Assembly: GCA_964057225.1 (NCBI GenBank)
Contig: OZ059899.1
Coordinates: 15,190,001 to 15,254,000, forward strand
Length of the DNA stretch: 64,000 nucleotides
Origin: Auanema rhodensis
Lineage: Eukaryota > Animalia > Nematoda
Direction: 5' to 3'
In this document: positions 1 through 14,660 of the stretch, one piece after another
How the letters are laid out: the number at the start of each line of letters is the position of its first letter
Position numbering within the stretch: the first letter of the stretch is position 1
Notes under the pieces: model-generated
Database searches by the model: none
What the model was told of the DNA's origin: nothing
Seen by the model: the letters and a program-made list of their open reading frames with translations, nothing else
Translations under genes and position numbers: made by a program

Positions 1-2908
1 AGTAGAGATTCTTTATTTTAACTTTTTTTTCCTATTCAAGCAGGTGTGCTGTGACGCTATCTTGCTCTGAAAAAAGATTCTAGCATATAAAACGCATATT
101 TTCTTCCAGAAAAATATAATTTTTGCATAATAACTAGCTAGAAGAGATTTTAGAAATTGGCTATTTTATTTTGTTTTTGTCTGTAAACATCAAGAGATCA
201 CGTTTTAGTTTTGAATGAAAAATACATGTAATACAATGTATTCAATGTACTGCATTTCAATATTTTTCATCTTCTGTTGGCTAAGCTTTAGTTTTGAATC
301 TGCTTTTTACTGTGACCAGTGCATATATCCACTTGGGATGAGCCTTGGGAAGTTTATAATCAAGTTTGTTGTATACTCTCAATTCCATTTGATATATTGA
401 TTCAATTTTGTCTTTTCTGCCACACTCAATGAACATCTTCAAATATACAAGTAGCAAATTAAATGATATCTTGGAAGCTTTGATCTCAAATTAAGGTTTT
501 GAACCATCTCCCAGATCACTTCTCTTTGTCTTGAAATTTCATTATATTTGTGATGTGTAGCATTCTTCTGAGCAGTGATGATGGACGTTTGCCAAAAAAA
601 AGATTTTGCTGCCATCAAAAACTTATTATGGATTTTGAATATTAATAATCACAGTATTTATATGAAAATACGTTTTTTGCTTTTATATACATACATATTC
701 CGCTTTTTAATGATGCTGAACCCACAAATCCGCCGCATGTTAGCCTGCAATTGCTCAGAATTAATTCTCAGAAAACCTTAGTGGTATCAGTTCTCTTGTT
801 GTTTTCAAACTCGACTTGTCAGGTTATTAGTTTTTGCAGTAGGAATATGACTAATATGAGCAGGTCGAAGAAAAAAGGCTTGACTGAAGTGTAGGAGGGA
901 GGGAAGAGGGTGGAGAGGAGACGTAAGATCACGTTATGCTTTCAGACGACACGAGAACTAAGTTCATGCACATCATTCATGTGGAAGATTTTGAGCAATT
1001 TCGTTAAAAAAAACGTCCAAGTGAAACGATGAGGTGATGAGAATATTTTTGAACAAACTACTACTAGCATGAAAGTTCGGCTGAAGAGACAAGACTGAGC
1101 AATTTGGATGGTAAATTGAAAGCAATCTTTTCGCAGCTTTTTATGCTCCGGATTTTGATTGAACTCTCCGAAAAAGGAGAGTTCTAACATCCCCTTGTCT
1201 TCTTTTCCGGTTTTATAGACCTTCTGATCTAATAGATTCATTGTTCATCATTGTTCTTCAGTTTTTTTTCAAACTCAGCTAAAACAATAAGCTCTATGTT
1301 ATTTAAAGTAAAGTCTTATTATTTTTTGATATATCTGAAAAGATTCATATAGAAATTCATGTTTCTCCTCTATTCACAATTTGGGTAGATACGTTCAGTT
1401 CACACCACTGAGACTGTCTTTGTTCTCCAATTGTTTCAACGAAGTAAGAAGAATTTTTCCCCCAAAAAGATCCTTTGTGTGTTTCAGCACCTCGTTGTTA
1501 TGAGCCGTTCTGCCTGGCCTTTATGGCTCCAAGCATGCCTCAGGGCACAGAGGATTTCTTCTTCTTGAATTCGGAAGTAGTAAGAGAGAAAAAGTTGAGT
1601 TATACAAGGAATACACGATGTCAGAATAGTGTCAACATGCTTCTTTCGTCATAAAAGAATATTTGAGAATTTGACAGTTTGAAACAGCTTCTTCTGTTTT
1701 CCTTAACTTCTTATTTCGTTAATAGCTTTTCTGAATTTCTTTCACTCTTCCATCATACATAGCCATTAGATTTAACTACGATTGTCCTTTGAGTTTTGAG
1801 AATCGTGGTGGATAGCTTTTCACTACTTCCTTGAGTTTACCAAAAATAATATGAATCCAATCCACTCCGCTCGTCCTCTTCGTTTGCTTTTTAACGCATG
1901 AGCCATACGTGAATTTCACGTGAACTTGCCTTTTCTTTTTCTACGCCTTGGATCGTAAAACCGGTTGCACTAGTTTTGTCTTGCTGACTTAAATTGAATT
2001 AATTTTTTTAAATTGTCATAACTCTGATATTCTTTCGAGCTTTCTTCTATGTCTGTACCTTAGTGCGAACATGGAAAGAATAGAATAAAGGCGGAGCTCA
2101 TAGCTCAACCTCAATACTCATACATCGGCCATCCCTCCTACTCTCTCTATATCTCTTTTTCTCTTTACAACTTCTACTCTTGTTCTTTTTCTTACTCTTA
2201 AAGAGAGACGAACCCGAAAAATTTCAAACCCGTTTATCCAATTTTCTCCCTCCTTTCTGTGTCCGCTCGTCCTCACCCCCGTCTCTATCAAGCTGCTTCC
2301 TTCCTCTACTCCTACTACCACATGTGTATAGGTCTTCCTCACACTCTTCATCTGAAGGTCCTTTTGCCCCACCCTCTTTTTGTAATTTTTACTCATCTTA
2401 ATGGAAAGAGATCTTATTTTGTAGTTCCTAGCTCTCATGACCATGCTTGGACCTAAGTTTCTACTCAATCAGAAAAAAAGGTCCATTGAAACATCTTATG
2501 CTAATCAGCTTAAAGCTTAAATCTCTTTCTCAACGGACTCTGTCTCCAAACCCTTTTCATTTATATCTTTCGTCTATTCTGATTATTTTTGTCTTTTTTA
2601 CCCAGATATTGCTGGTGAGCTCAGTATAAAACGAAAAAAAAGCAGGCCTGAGCTTCCTGCTCGTAGTCATTGAATTCCAGCTCGGATGAGTAAATGCGTT
2701 CATTTCGTTCTCCATCTAGGAATCTTTCCTTTTTTTTCTTCAATTTGTTTGATTATAGTGTATCTTTAAGTACAATTCGGCTTTCTTACGTCATTTTTCA
2801 ACATTTTTTTTTGATTTTTAACAATTTTCTAATTGTTACCCACACCTTGAGAGCCTTTTTTTCATATTAACACACATATTTGAATTTGTAATAAAATAAA
2901 GATTAAAT

Positions 2909-3018
2909 TATATATATATATATATATATATAAACATAAATATATATATATATATACATATATATACAGATATACATATATACATATCGATGTAAATCTA
3001 TATATATATATATATATA
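2909..3018. repeat. Interrupted (TA)n microsatellite
   Basis: Runs of TATATA at 2909-2932, 2941-2985 and 2999-3018. Confidence 0.95.
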
Positions 3019-6000
3019 GCCTACATCTGAGCCTATCTAAGTGTTTTCAGTTTACGGCATTTCAAGTTAAGTCTTTTCAACTCAGCTTGTCAACTTTCCG
3101 CCTCCTCCAGATCTTCTTTTACTTCTTAGCATGATTCTCGATAGAAAGTATGCTTATCATAATAGCAAGGGAGAGAAACCTTAATTGTAAAATCTAGAGC
3201 ATTTTCAAGTTTGGAAAGTGTATTGTGATGCTTACCACTTTCATGCATAGCTTAAGCTTATTTATTTATTTCGCAGTTCTTTATTAGTCATATCTGCTTG
3301 ACATTCTATAGACTCAAGAAAAATAATGCTGATTTTCATACATACTTCATTCTTCTCCGGAATCATGACATGAGTATTATCATGAGTAGTATGAACTACA
3401 GTGAGCTCTTGAAATGGTTCTCATGTAAACAGTATGATTACTTCTGAAATGCTAATATATGGAACGTTTTAGTTTCTCTGCATGTTCAATTTATTTCGAT
3501 GATTTTTGATTTTTGTCAAATGAAGGCATCAGTTTTAAAGAAACAGGGAAGAAGACAAAGAGAGGGCGAAGGCAGAGAACAAAATTGTGGAATGGCTATG
3601 GAATGAAGAGAAAACGAGAGAGATAGAGAAAACCTATAGAGGTCAGAGAAGCAGAGATAGAGGGAGAGGCGCGTGAGAGAGGTAGTCAGTCGCTTATTCG
3701 GGGAGATGCTGCCCGATGGCGATAACTACATTGTGAAGCTGACGATAAAAGCAGAAGCAGAGGAAGATATGTAGTTGTCGGCAGTAATGTCAGCGAATAT
3801 TAAGAGAGCATGACCCAGAACAGCAAAAGATGAGCGAAAACTTAAAATAAGCTAGAGAGTGAGAGAGAGAAAAGAATGAGAAAGATAGAGAGAGAGTATA
3901 TATAAATATAAAGAGGATGAGAGGGCCGTTGACTAGGAAAAGGGAGAAATTTGATGATTTCAAGTTTTTCCTCAAATCAGCCAGCCCAAAATTCCGTCTC
4001 CCGGTTCCAATTTTGTCGTCTGATATTGCAAGTAGTCTAGTTGAAAGCTCGATGATGTCTACTTCAGGATAGCAGCTACAACAGTGTCCAACTGAAGTCA
4101 CAGCTGATGATGCTAAAGTTTTGCGCAATCTAATGCTAAGAACATGGATACATCCACCAAGTATTGAAATGATTAAGATGATGTTGCGGCTTGACCCAGA
4201 CGAAAGAGAGGCAAAGAGTTAGTAAGAGAGATAGATTGAGAGAAAAAGATGACTCAATGGTGTATAAAAGCTATACAAGCTCCACTTTAATCTTCATCAT
4301 CATCCTCAAACTCTTCTGATTCAATTTTCAAGATTTTGATTATGAAATTTGAAAATGAAGCGAATATTCGTAAAGTCATAGAGGACATGAGAACTCTTTT
4401 TTTATGTTAGTATGCACTATAATTGTTTTTCTTTCTTTTTCTTAATTATTATTCTTCTTGCCCAATTATGGCTTGTATTCTTATTAAGGTTGTCAAACAT
4501 CCCTTCTTCTTTCCCTGAATTCATATCTATATTCTTGTTAGTTCTTCTTAAAAACTCTCAATGTTTGTATTTATGTTATTTAGTTCTATATAGTATTGTT
4601 TCTTTTAATAACAACTTGGCTAGTTTTGAACCAATAAGGTTACATCCTATTCGCAGCTGGTCCAACTAAAAAGATGTACAGCATTATTCAAACAAATTGG
4701 TGTGGCTACGAAAATGGCGCAGATTGGACGACAAACTCCGAATATAGCATAGTCACGTAACCTCCAGGGAATTCTATTCAAAGAACTCAAATGCTTAACG
4801 TGATTATATGTTTTAATAGTTCGAATAAGCACAATATCTTAATTCTTATAAAACTGCTGTCATCACTGCTCGACTGTGGTTCTAAGCTTTGCTTCAAAGT
4901 TCTTAGGCGCATCGCCGGATTCCTCAAAAAACGGGACCCACTCTGATTTTGAGTGTGATCAAACGTATTTTCTTTAAAACCACCCACACTCTAACCGTGC
5001 TTCAACTTTTCTCTCTCCTAGCTTCTTCCTGATTCTCTCATGGAATCTCCTCATCTGGAAACGCGTGAAGTCAAGGAGTTGGCAAAACATCAAAAACAAA
5101 AATGAGCAGCATAAAAAACCCTTAGGCAAATGCTTTTATAGAGTTTTCTCTTCCCCCATTTTTGGCTAATATTGAGTATTTCACTTCAAATGTATTTTCT
5201 AATGTATAAGTTCTTGCTCTGAATTGTCACTTTTCCGAATTTCTTTCATCGGTGTCTTTTGTGTCACTGACCAATACCAGTTTAATCCAATTGTTGAGTT
5301 TCGTATTTTCAACTAGTGTTCTTTATGCTCCTGATCCTCCACACTTCTCACGCAGTTGCAAATCAACTTTAAGATTTCTCTCAAGTAAACATTTCCTTTT
5401 AAAATCTTTTTTTTCATAATAGGAAATTGTATAGAAAATCGCAAGATGAACACAAAATTAGGTATAGTTCTTCACAATTATTTTAATATTACGAGCATTT
5501 ATGTTTTGTTGTTTTTTTTCTACAAAAACTGCCTGAACTATTTGAATTGAATATGTAGATTATCACAACATTTTTATCTTTCTCGTCGTAAAGCTTATTC
5601 AATCTTAAAGTTCATAGATTATTCTCAAGTTCCTCTTTCAACTTCTGAAAAGTTTAAAAAGTTTTGTTTGTACTTTTACATTAATCCGGTTAGGTACTAA
5701 TAAACTGGACGACCTAGCTGTATCTCTTTCTGTCTCTCTTCAAGTTTCTACAAAGTGAATTAGCTTTGTTATTTTTGCTTGCAGACATAAAAATTGAATT
5801 TTTTATTAAAGCAAAATTATACTTCCTAAAGAAGTCATTTAAAGAATCTTCAAAACCCTCATAACCTCTTTTCTCCTGACAACGTTTTCAAACATTTAAA
5901 CTTTTATCCAATAAACATTTTTCTGTTTTCTAATGTCTAACTTCATCATCATCATGAGCCTAGAAACAAATTTTCTTTTGTCTTTTTTTGTTTGAAACAT

Positions 6001-6612
6001 CCATCTGAATCTTCTTACACTCCTTTCCTACTTAGATTTGCAGAAACTTGTCACCTCTGGGCCTCAGGGAATAGTTTTCTCAATGAGCATGTTGGATATA
6101 GAAGAATACGCTAACGGCAGAAAATGGCTAACTGACCATGCTGTTCTTTTAAACGAGCACGTCCTAATTTACTTCTCCCAATTTTTACTGCTTCTGTCCT
6201 TTTTGCATCATTGAATTTCGTACTTTTGAAGCGATTTTCTCTTTTTTTGAACATTTCAATGTGTCGGCGATCATTTCAATTTTCCATTTTATTTGTTGAT
6301 ATTTAGGATGGTTGCCGTTGCCTAAGTGTGCTCAAAGCACATTTTCAAGCTTCAGACTGGAGTTGTTGCACTACTTCTTATCACTTTATCTGTTCAGCTT
6401 CTATCACATCTGTACGTATATTTGCTCCTATTTTGGTCGGAATCGAATACTTCGTCCACGACTTATCATTAACAAGGTAATAGCCGTTTTTCGGCTTTAC
6501 CTGTTGGGTAGACGCCACCCGGCGCTTTCTTGGCGTTCATTGACATCGAAAAACCAAAAAGCAAAGCATTTGCTACTTACAATTTTAATCTCACTGACTG
6601 AACAGTTGAAAA

Positions 6613-9600
6613 ATGCTGTACAGTCATGTTACCCTACTCATGCTCCGTGTCGTCGATGTCGTCGCAAAAACCACTGTTCAACAATCAGCTCGTATGCTTG
6701 TGGCCGAAATTCCGGGAGAGATTCAGGTACGCGAGAAGCCAAGTATAGCTCCATTATTCATGAAACATTATTTAGATTGGAGCCCTGATCCCCGTGCACC
6801 GCCAAGTAGCGGGATCGGAAAGCTGTGGCCAAATATGGGAGCAATACGGAATTCAGCGCACGGAAATAGCACTTCAGACCGTTCGAAATTTAAATGCGGA
6901 ATTACCTTTCAAGCTAGGCATATCAGTAAGGTGGGTTCATAGAATAAATAAATTATATCCGAAAGGAATATAAACAAAATAATTTGAAATATGAGACCTA
7001 ATCAGAAACAGTTGAGCTGGCAAATAAATGAAATTCTAGATATAACATATCCGAAAGATTTTAAGGTTTTTATATTTATTTTAATATAAAAGAATCGCTG
7101 TAGGGATTAATTAGTAACGGCATAATCAGATTAGCATTTTACGTACATTCATTCAATTTCACGTTTTTTACGTCGCGCTCATTTATTTTTAATTATAACA
7201 AGGAAGCGGTTGATCTTTTCTTCATGATTAAAACTTAAGTTTGATTTTATTTTTGCAGAGATTCATGTTGGACCGAACGCATTGCGATGGAACAAACTAT
7301 TGCCTTCCTTCGGGAAGGTGTTGCTCAGTGTTCTTGCTGTCAGACGCCCGGTTGCAACAAGAAAAGTGTTCCTGTGGTAGCCATAATAGGGCCCGGCAAA
7401 AGTTCATCGACCATCGCTGTTCAAAATCTTCTTCAGGTTTTATTTCGAAAATTTTCATATTGAATAAATTTAAAATGCATAGGTGTTCCGAATCCCCCAA
7501 ATAGGATATTCTGCTACAACTCCTGATTTGTCCGACAAAGATCAATTTGGTTATTTCCTTAGAGTAGTACCGTCGGACAGATGGCAAGCTCAAACTATCG
7601 TTCGTATTCTTAATCACTACAACTGGACGTATATTGCAGTGCTCTATTCTGCTGGTATTTTTGTATCACTGTTTTCTCATCAAAATGAACTTTTAGGTAA
7701 TTATGGAGAAAAAGGATTTGAAGCCTTAGAAAGAATCTTAATGCAAGAAAGCTCAGATGTATGCGTTGCTTATTCCGAAAAAATTAAATCGTTAGCTAGT
7801 GAAGCAGAATATAGAACGGTATAATTACATAAAAATCTTATAAATATAAAAAGTATATTTTCTAAAGATTCTGCAATCTTTAACTTCCCAAAAATCAAGA
7901 CCTCAAGTTGTTGTTTGCTTCTGTGAAGGACTTACTATTCGAAACTTCTTCTTGGCTCAGAAAGAACTTCAAATGACCAATAAAAGTTTTAAAGTAAGTT
8001 TCGACATAGCATCCCCTATAGCATTTTGTTTTAGCGGTTTCAATGGATAGGATCGGATGGGTGGGCAGATCGTAACGATGTTGTAGAGGGTATAGAAGAA
8101 GAAGCTGAGGGCGCTTTCAGTATACGTATTCATTCTCCAAAGGTAGTTAAAATACTTTTCATATGTTTAATGGAACCTTAAATTTAGGTGCCGGGTTTCC
8201 GAGATTATTATACTGGCTTACACCCGGAGAATAATACAGTTAACCCGTGGTATAGAGAGTTCTGGCAACAAAAATTTGGCTGTCAATTTGCTGTTAGTAA
8301 AGAAGATAAGAACAACGAGAACATCAAGATATGTACGGGCAATGAGAATATTGATGAAAATTATAAAGAAGTATATATAAAAAATATATATATATATATT
8401 ATATATTTTTCTTTGCAGGATCCAAAGTTATCTCAAGTAATCAATTCCATACGAGTTGTTGCTATGGGATTGAAAGCAATGTATTACGATCGTTGCCGGT
8501 AAGTGTAAGCACTTTTAATGCTTTTTAAACTATTTCTTAAAGTGACAATTCCACACTTTGCACGGAAATGCTTTCTCGTAATGGAACTCTATTATATCAG
8601 TATCTGCTTAATGTTACTTATGAAGATCAGTTTAAACAGCAGATATACTTTGATAATAGTGGAGATCCTCCTGCTTGGTTTGTTTCTCTTATCTAAGTTT
8701 TTTCTGAAATTATCATTTGGAGGTATGATATTCTTAATTATGTCGGTCGGAAAAATTTGGACAATCCTTATGCAGAAGTTGGAAGTTTTCAATCAGAAAA
8801 TTCTAGAGGGCAAGAAGAGTTAAATATGACTAGTATAAGGTAATAAATACTTTGGGTATTTACTTGAATTTCATCTTTGTTATTCAGGAATGTTATGTTC
8901 TATGACAGAAGTAGTATTTTACCTGAGAGTGTTTGCAGCAAGCCTTGCGGTATTGGACAAAGGGTTCGCATATTATGCCGAGTTTTCTTTTTCAAAAGTA
9001 GTATTTTAGCAAAGGGAGACTATAGCTTGTTGTTGGATTTGTGAAAATTGTATGGATCATCAAGTAGTGAACTACACAACGAACCAGTGTCAAAATTGCT
9101 CAATCGGGACTTGGCCTGATTCATTACGAGCCAGTTAGTGACTTAATTGAAAAAAAAATGATTTGGAATTGTAATTTCAGCTTGTGTGCCTCTTCCTCAT
9201 GAAACTCTCTCGTGGTCATCGTTTGGAAGTATCTTAGCTATTATTTTGGCTACTGTTGGTATTATCATAACATTTGCTACAGTAGTCATATTTATGAAGC
9301 ATAACAGTACTCCAGTCGTTAAGAGTACTACAAGAGAGCTAAGCTATATTATTTTGACAGGTATTTAGTCTCGAACTCTCCGACTTTTTATAATCTTGAG
9401 TTTATAGGTATTATAATTTGCTACGCTGTCACGTTCTCCATACTAGCTAAACCATCAGCTATTAGTTGTTTTTTGACTAGGTAATAGGTTTTCATAAATG
9501 GAAAAAAATCACATATGTATTCAGAACTGTTCCGCCAATCGCATTTTCAATAGTTTATTCTGCTTTGCTTACAAAGACGAATCGAATAGCCCGAATATTA

Positions 9601-11147
9601 GCTGGAAGTAAGAAACGCATTCTGACCAAAAAGCCTCGGTTCTTAAGTACAGCGTCACAGGTATTGAAGAAATCAGCTCAAGTTATAATAAAGTTGTTGA
9701 TTTAATTATAGGTTGTGATAACATGGATTCTTGTCGGAATTGAAAGTGTTATCGTGGCGGTAGGCGTGCTGCAAGAATGGCCCGCTGCTGGTTTTGCACC
9801 ACACTATCTGCCATCACGGTATAAAGATAATAAGTAGAAGACATATAATTTTTTTTAGAATGGTTCTTGTTTGCACTACTTCATCAGCTGCAGTTCTTTG
9901 GCCTTTTTTCTGGAATCTGCTTTTGATCATACTTTGCACCCTTTATGCCGTCAAAACTAGAAATCTTCCCGAGAATTTCAATGAAGCCAAGTTCATAGGA
10001 TTTACTATGTGTGTTTTATACTACCATCTTTTTTCTCATTCAACCATTTCAGGTATTGTACTCTAGTAGTTTGGATCGCGTTTATAGTATTACATTTGGG
10101 AACCGTGAATAAGGCTTTGACTATGTCTTTCACTTTTTCTTTATCCGCGTCAATAACTTTAGTTCTTCTTTTTTTCCCAAAACTGTACATTATCATATTA
10201 CATCCTGAGAAAAATGTACGCGCTTCCTACACAACAACAAAATTAATTCGGTGAGTACTGTATACTACAAGAGTATCTTATATAGAAAGGTTTAGGTGCC
10301 ATTTTGGAAACTCTCAAGGTGCTTATGATAGTAATAAACATTTATCTTCTAAAACAACTACTCGAACATCTATGCAATCTGGGTGAGTTAGTGTATTGTG
10401 ATGTCTGTTGTTGCCCCCTTCTTTATCAATTTTTGGTTTGGACCGTCAGACGTCTTCCTTATAGGGCATCTTCCAGCAAATCATCAAGTTGCGGTGGGAT
10501 AACTAGAACAGCTAGTGTACACGTTCCCTCCGGGGCAAATAAAGGGCATACAGACATGGCAACCCAGACAGATTCTACAGGTCATTTATTCAATAAGAAC
10601 CTTTCTAATTTTCTGAAATGTCTAGGTGGTAGTCGATTTGTACGAACATTTAGTATAGCTGGCAAGAAGAGGGCCACTATGATTGATGATGACGTAGCTC
10701 AACTTGTTGAAGCATGTCGTCGGTACCAGGTTATTTCAATAGTCATATAAGTGTTAACTGTAAATCTTCTGTAGGATGAGAAACTGCATGCGTCGTCAGC
10801 CAATCTGTTGTTAGAGGAAGAAGTTGAGGTTGGATCTATGCTAGCTGATTCGCTTCAATCTATGCGCACTGTGCTGTCGACAGTAGCTGGAGGGGGAGCC
10901 GTAGGCACAGCTTCGGCAGTATCATCTTCGGGACCTGCTTCAGCTGCTCGTCGACGGCAATCCCTAGCAGTCTCACCGACAGCTGACTACGATGGATTCG
11001 AAGAGGTTCGTTATGGTTATTATTTTCTTTAAAACAGGTGAAGTATATATTTAATCATCAATGAATCGGAATATACATGTAATCAAAATCAGAGTTTGAT
11101 ACGTATTTCAGGTTCCAGCTTCTAATAACTCATTATCTCTATCATAG
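6613..11147 (+). CDS. mgl-2: Metabotropic glutamate receptor (class C GPCR, group I-like), multi-exon
   Basis: Spliced translation MLYSHVTLLMLR..GEIQ|IGALIPVHRQ..CGQIWEQYGIQR..DSCWTERIAMEQTIAFL..QVFRIPQIGYSATTPDLSDK..FQWIGSDGWADR, cysteine-rich domain (SVCSKPC..CCWIC), 7TM with KTNRIARIL and KTRNLPENFNEAKFIGFTM. The last exon (11112-11147) is uncertain; an unspliced end at 11032 is possible. Confidence 0.95.
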
Positions 11148-12343
11148 CTGGGAACCTCATCGAATCGTAATCGTTCTTGTTATGATTATTCACCAATGTT
11201 ATAGCCTTTTTTGGTTGTTTATAATTTCTCTTACACGTTCTTGCTTGTAACATTCGTGAAGATCATACAGGACTAAGCGTTATGCTTGATCTTTTCTATG
11301 CTTAAACCGTTTCTTTGCTTTCACTTCCGAAATTTTAGGTTATAGCTAAATTATTTCTAGAAGAATGCTTAGATATTTAATATTTATAATATGCTTACTA
11401 ACGCTTTAAGCTAGCTATACTAGTGCTCTAACCACACCATCTGCAGTTGCTTCTCATAACATGTAACATCTAAGCTTACTCATACTAATTACCTGAGTGT
11501 ACTGGTTGATCACGAGTTTTTCATTTGGATTCCTGAAATTTTTTGCATTATAACATCCATCTACTAAGAGAAGCTCTCTCTATTATCTTGCCATTGCAAA
11601 AATAATAAGAATAAGCGATGGCGTTCTCTGCAATCTCAATTCCCTATATGTATATATTGTTTCATTCTCTTTTTCTAGATAACGTACACTATCTGTTTGG
11701 TACGCATTTCTTTTTGTTCCAAGCAAATATGTTTCAAAAACTAAGTTCATTTAATAATTAACAGTTTGTTTATTTTTTATAACACCTTAATCTATTTGAG
11801 TCACCGAGATCGCATTATAATTATGCATATTTTGGATTTTTAGAAACCTTAATGAGTAATTTGTTTTCAAAATGTGGTAAATCAAACTAAAACTCTTTGC
11901 TTCATTTTGACCCTCTCCACGGAATCGGTTTTTTTTTATTTTGAAAGCTACCACCAGTTATGGTATAGGTGGATCTATACTGCCATGTACCACTGTTTGC
12001 GCCGAACCTGGAGGTGATTACCGAGTGCCCCATTATACTCTCTCTCTCTCATTATCAAGTTCTCTTTGATTCCAAACATTTATTATCTATGATTAAGTTA
12101 AATGTGTTCTTTTTTCTTACACACACTCACTCGGTATCAATACCTGGCGAGCTCTTCCTCCGCCTCTTTCGTATACCTCCTGTTCTTTATAACTGCTCGT
12201 ACAGCTTCCCAGTCACACTCAACCGCAATAATAGCCTAACCTGCTTGCGCTCTTCCTTTCTCCATCAGTTCAAATAATAATTTGTTTCAGTTGCTACGTA
12301 GTCGTGGAGTACAGCCTCTTACATTTACTCAAGCTACTCCTCT

Positions 12344-12990
12344 ATGAATCAAGTATGTAATGTATAGAGGATCATTAAGCTATCTTCTTTTATTTGTAGG
12401 AAAGAGAACGAAGTGACTCTGGAGCCTTTGAGCCAAATTTTGTTTCTGACTTATCTGTCAACTCCAACTCTTCTGTTAGCCCATCGTCTTCATCGTGCTC
12501 ATCTTCTGCCACCTCATCATCCCGAAATCACCAAATGCCTACTACCTCAGCGGATTGCTTAGTTTCAGATGAAGAATTAGCTCGAATTTCTGTTAAACAA
12601 CTCAATCAAAGGCTTCAAGTGATTTTTTCTATTTGGAAGCAAGGCACATTCTAGTTCAATTTTCAGGGACAGGATCGTGACATTGTAAGCCAGTTTAAGC
12701 AAAAGCGCCGAACTCTTAAGAATCGTGGTTATGCTTTAAACTGTCGTGTTCGAAGAATTGAAACTCAGCTTAATCTTGAATCTGAAAACATGCAGTTAAA
12801 AACTGAGGTATATCATTATTATGCCTTCCTGTATTTTCGTTTACTATAGAACATATCTTTGCGTCAAGCCTTGGCTGAACTTCAACATCGGCTTCAATAT
12901 TACGAGTCTACTGTTAGTTATGATTTCTACGTACCTATCCCTCCCAATAGTACCCCGGGAAATATGTGGGCTTCTCCAAACACAGTTTGA
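12344..12990 (+). CDS. maf-1: Maf-family bZIP transcription factor
   Basis: Four exons joined by GT-AG introns give ..SDEELARISVKQLNQRLQ|GQDRDIVSQFKQKRRTLKNRGYALNCRVRR.., the Maf extended-homology plus basic region. Not represented in frame in the ORF track. The start codon could lie further upstream. Confidence 0.92.
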
Positions 12991-14193
12991 CCGTCTTCAC
13001 CTGAAAACAGCATTCCATCACCCAGCTCTCTGCTATGATTCCAAACTGTAAAACATTCACAAACAACTCTAAATATAATTTTGCTTTTCAAAAAGGTTTT
13101 AGATAAGCCTTATTTTTACCAATTAAAATGATTCACAATCTTTTTACACCTCAATTTTAAAAATTTTCCATATATTGCGATGACCGGTACTTATACATAT
13201 TCTGCCATTTCGGAATCCGGCCATAACCAGCCAAGCTTTGTTGCTCCCTCTCTTGCCAGTGGCCCAAATTTATTTTATTCATATTTATCATAAAATCCTT
13301 CAAAAGATTGTTTTTTATTTAAAATATTCATAAGATCCTCATAGTTGCTCTCATGACATATTAGGAAGTAATTTCCTCGAATTCACATTCCACTTGATGG
13401 TGCCATTGTTTATTTTTCGTTTTTTTCTACACAACCAGTGCTTGACCACACCCGATGAAACTATTATGATGACCCATTACTAATCAAGAAGTGCATTATT
13501 TTCTATAACTCTTGTGCTATTTTCACTCTTTTTGTGATAATATCATTTGTATTTTAATAAATTTTCATTATCATATATAATATATTTTGTAATGAACATC
13601 CTATATACTTTAGGATGCGTACTGGAGATAGAATACCTGTTGCGAAAATCGGAACATTGACTGATAAGGCTTAAACGATCGGCTTTGGCCCTATATTCGA
13701 ACAGACATTGTCATAGAACAACGTTCTTAATGACGAAACGGTATCAGTTGCGAACATCAACCAGAAATGCGGTCCTAACTCCGTCATGTTTATTTTCGGC
13801 TAAAATTGCTGAGCTTGTATGTTTACCAACAAAAAAAGATTGAAGTATTTAATCTCCAGAATATCTGCCGTTGTTATCGTTCTACATATATGGTTCTTAT
13901 CATGTTTCAGAGGAACCCCACTGTTCCAGAGTATGATAAGAGTTTATGTACCAGGCTGTAACAGGTATTTCAATTCACTCCAGAATGTTTTATCTGGAAT
14001 TGTTAGCAGACTAAGTTCTATCTCTAATTGGTTTAGTCCTTCAATTTGCGTTCAGTTTTATTTTGATATTCAGCGTATGATTTCGAACAAGAAATAAAAT
14101 ATTATTCTTAAGAAGTAAAAAATCGAAACAAAGATGAATGAACAAGGCCTAATAACAAAATCTATAAACATATGATACATATGAACTACGCTA

Positions 14194-14513
14194 TTATGAA
14201 GTCATGGCTACACCTTCTCTTTACTCTCGTTACTGTAACCTAACTTTTCAAATTCTTCCTTATCCATCAAGCCGTGATCCATTCGGCATTGGAAGTAACT
14301 TTTAGCCAACTCTCTACATTCGCTATTTAATTGCTTCTTTTCATGAAGGCAACACATATATCTAAATGATATAGAAACTCATTACTTTGTTATGAACTTT
14401 AAATCTGACTTCAGCATTTCCAACTTGCAAGTTCCTTCATGATCTAAAGGAAATGACCCTTTCAAGGGAGCAGATACAGTATTAACTCGTTGGAACGGCC
14501 CAGCTTGTGCCAT
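14194..14513 (-). CDS. cox-19: Cytochrome c oxidase assembly factor COX19 (twin CX9C)
   Basis: Two exons: MAQAGPFQRVNTVSAPLKGSFPLDHEGTCKLEMLK|YMCCLHEKKQLNSECRELAKSYFQCRMDHGLMDKEEFEKLGY..; KGSFPLDH and the twin CX9C are diagnostic. Confidence 0.95.
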
Positions 14514-14660
14514 CTAGGAAAACATATTTTACGTAGACCTCAATTAATCAAAAAGATAACTACTAATGGTTCACAAACCATAAAACAAAGAAATAGATTA
14601 TAAAACAAGTTTTATGAAAAATAAAAAACATATTCCAACTAAATCTATAATGTGAAAAAT

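Noticed and set aside
6312-6788. 158-aa ORF overlapping the mgl-2 start
   Set aside because: Non-ATG start, crosses intron-like DNA, out of frame with mgl-2.
13819-14097. 92-aa plus-strand ORF
   Set aside because: No motif or splice support; overlaps the cox-19 3' UTR antisense.
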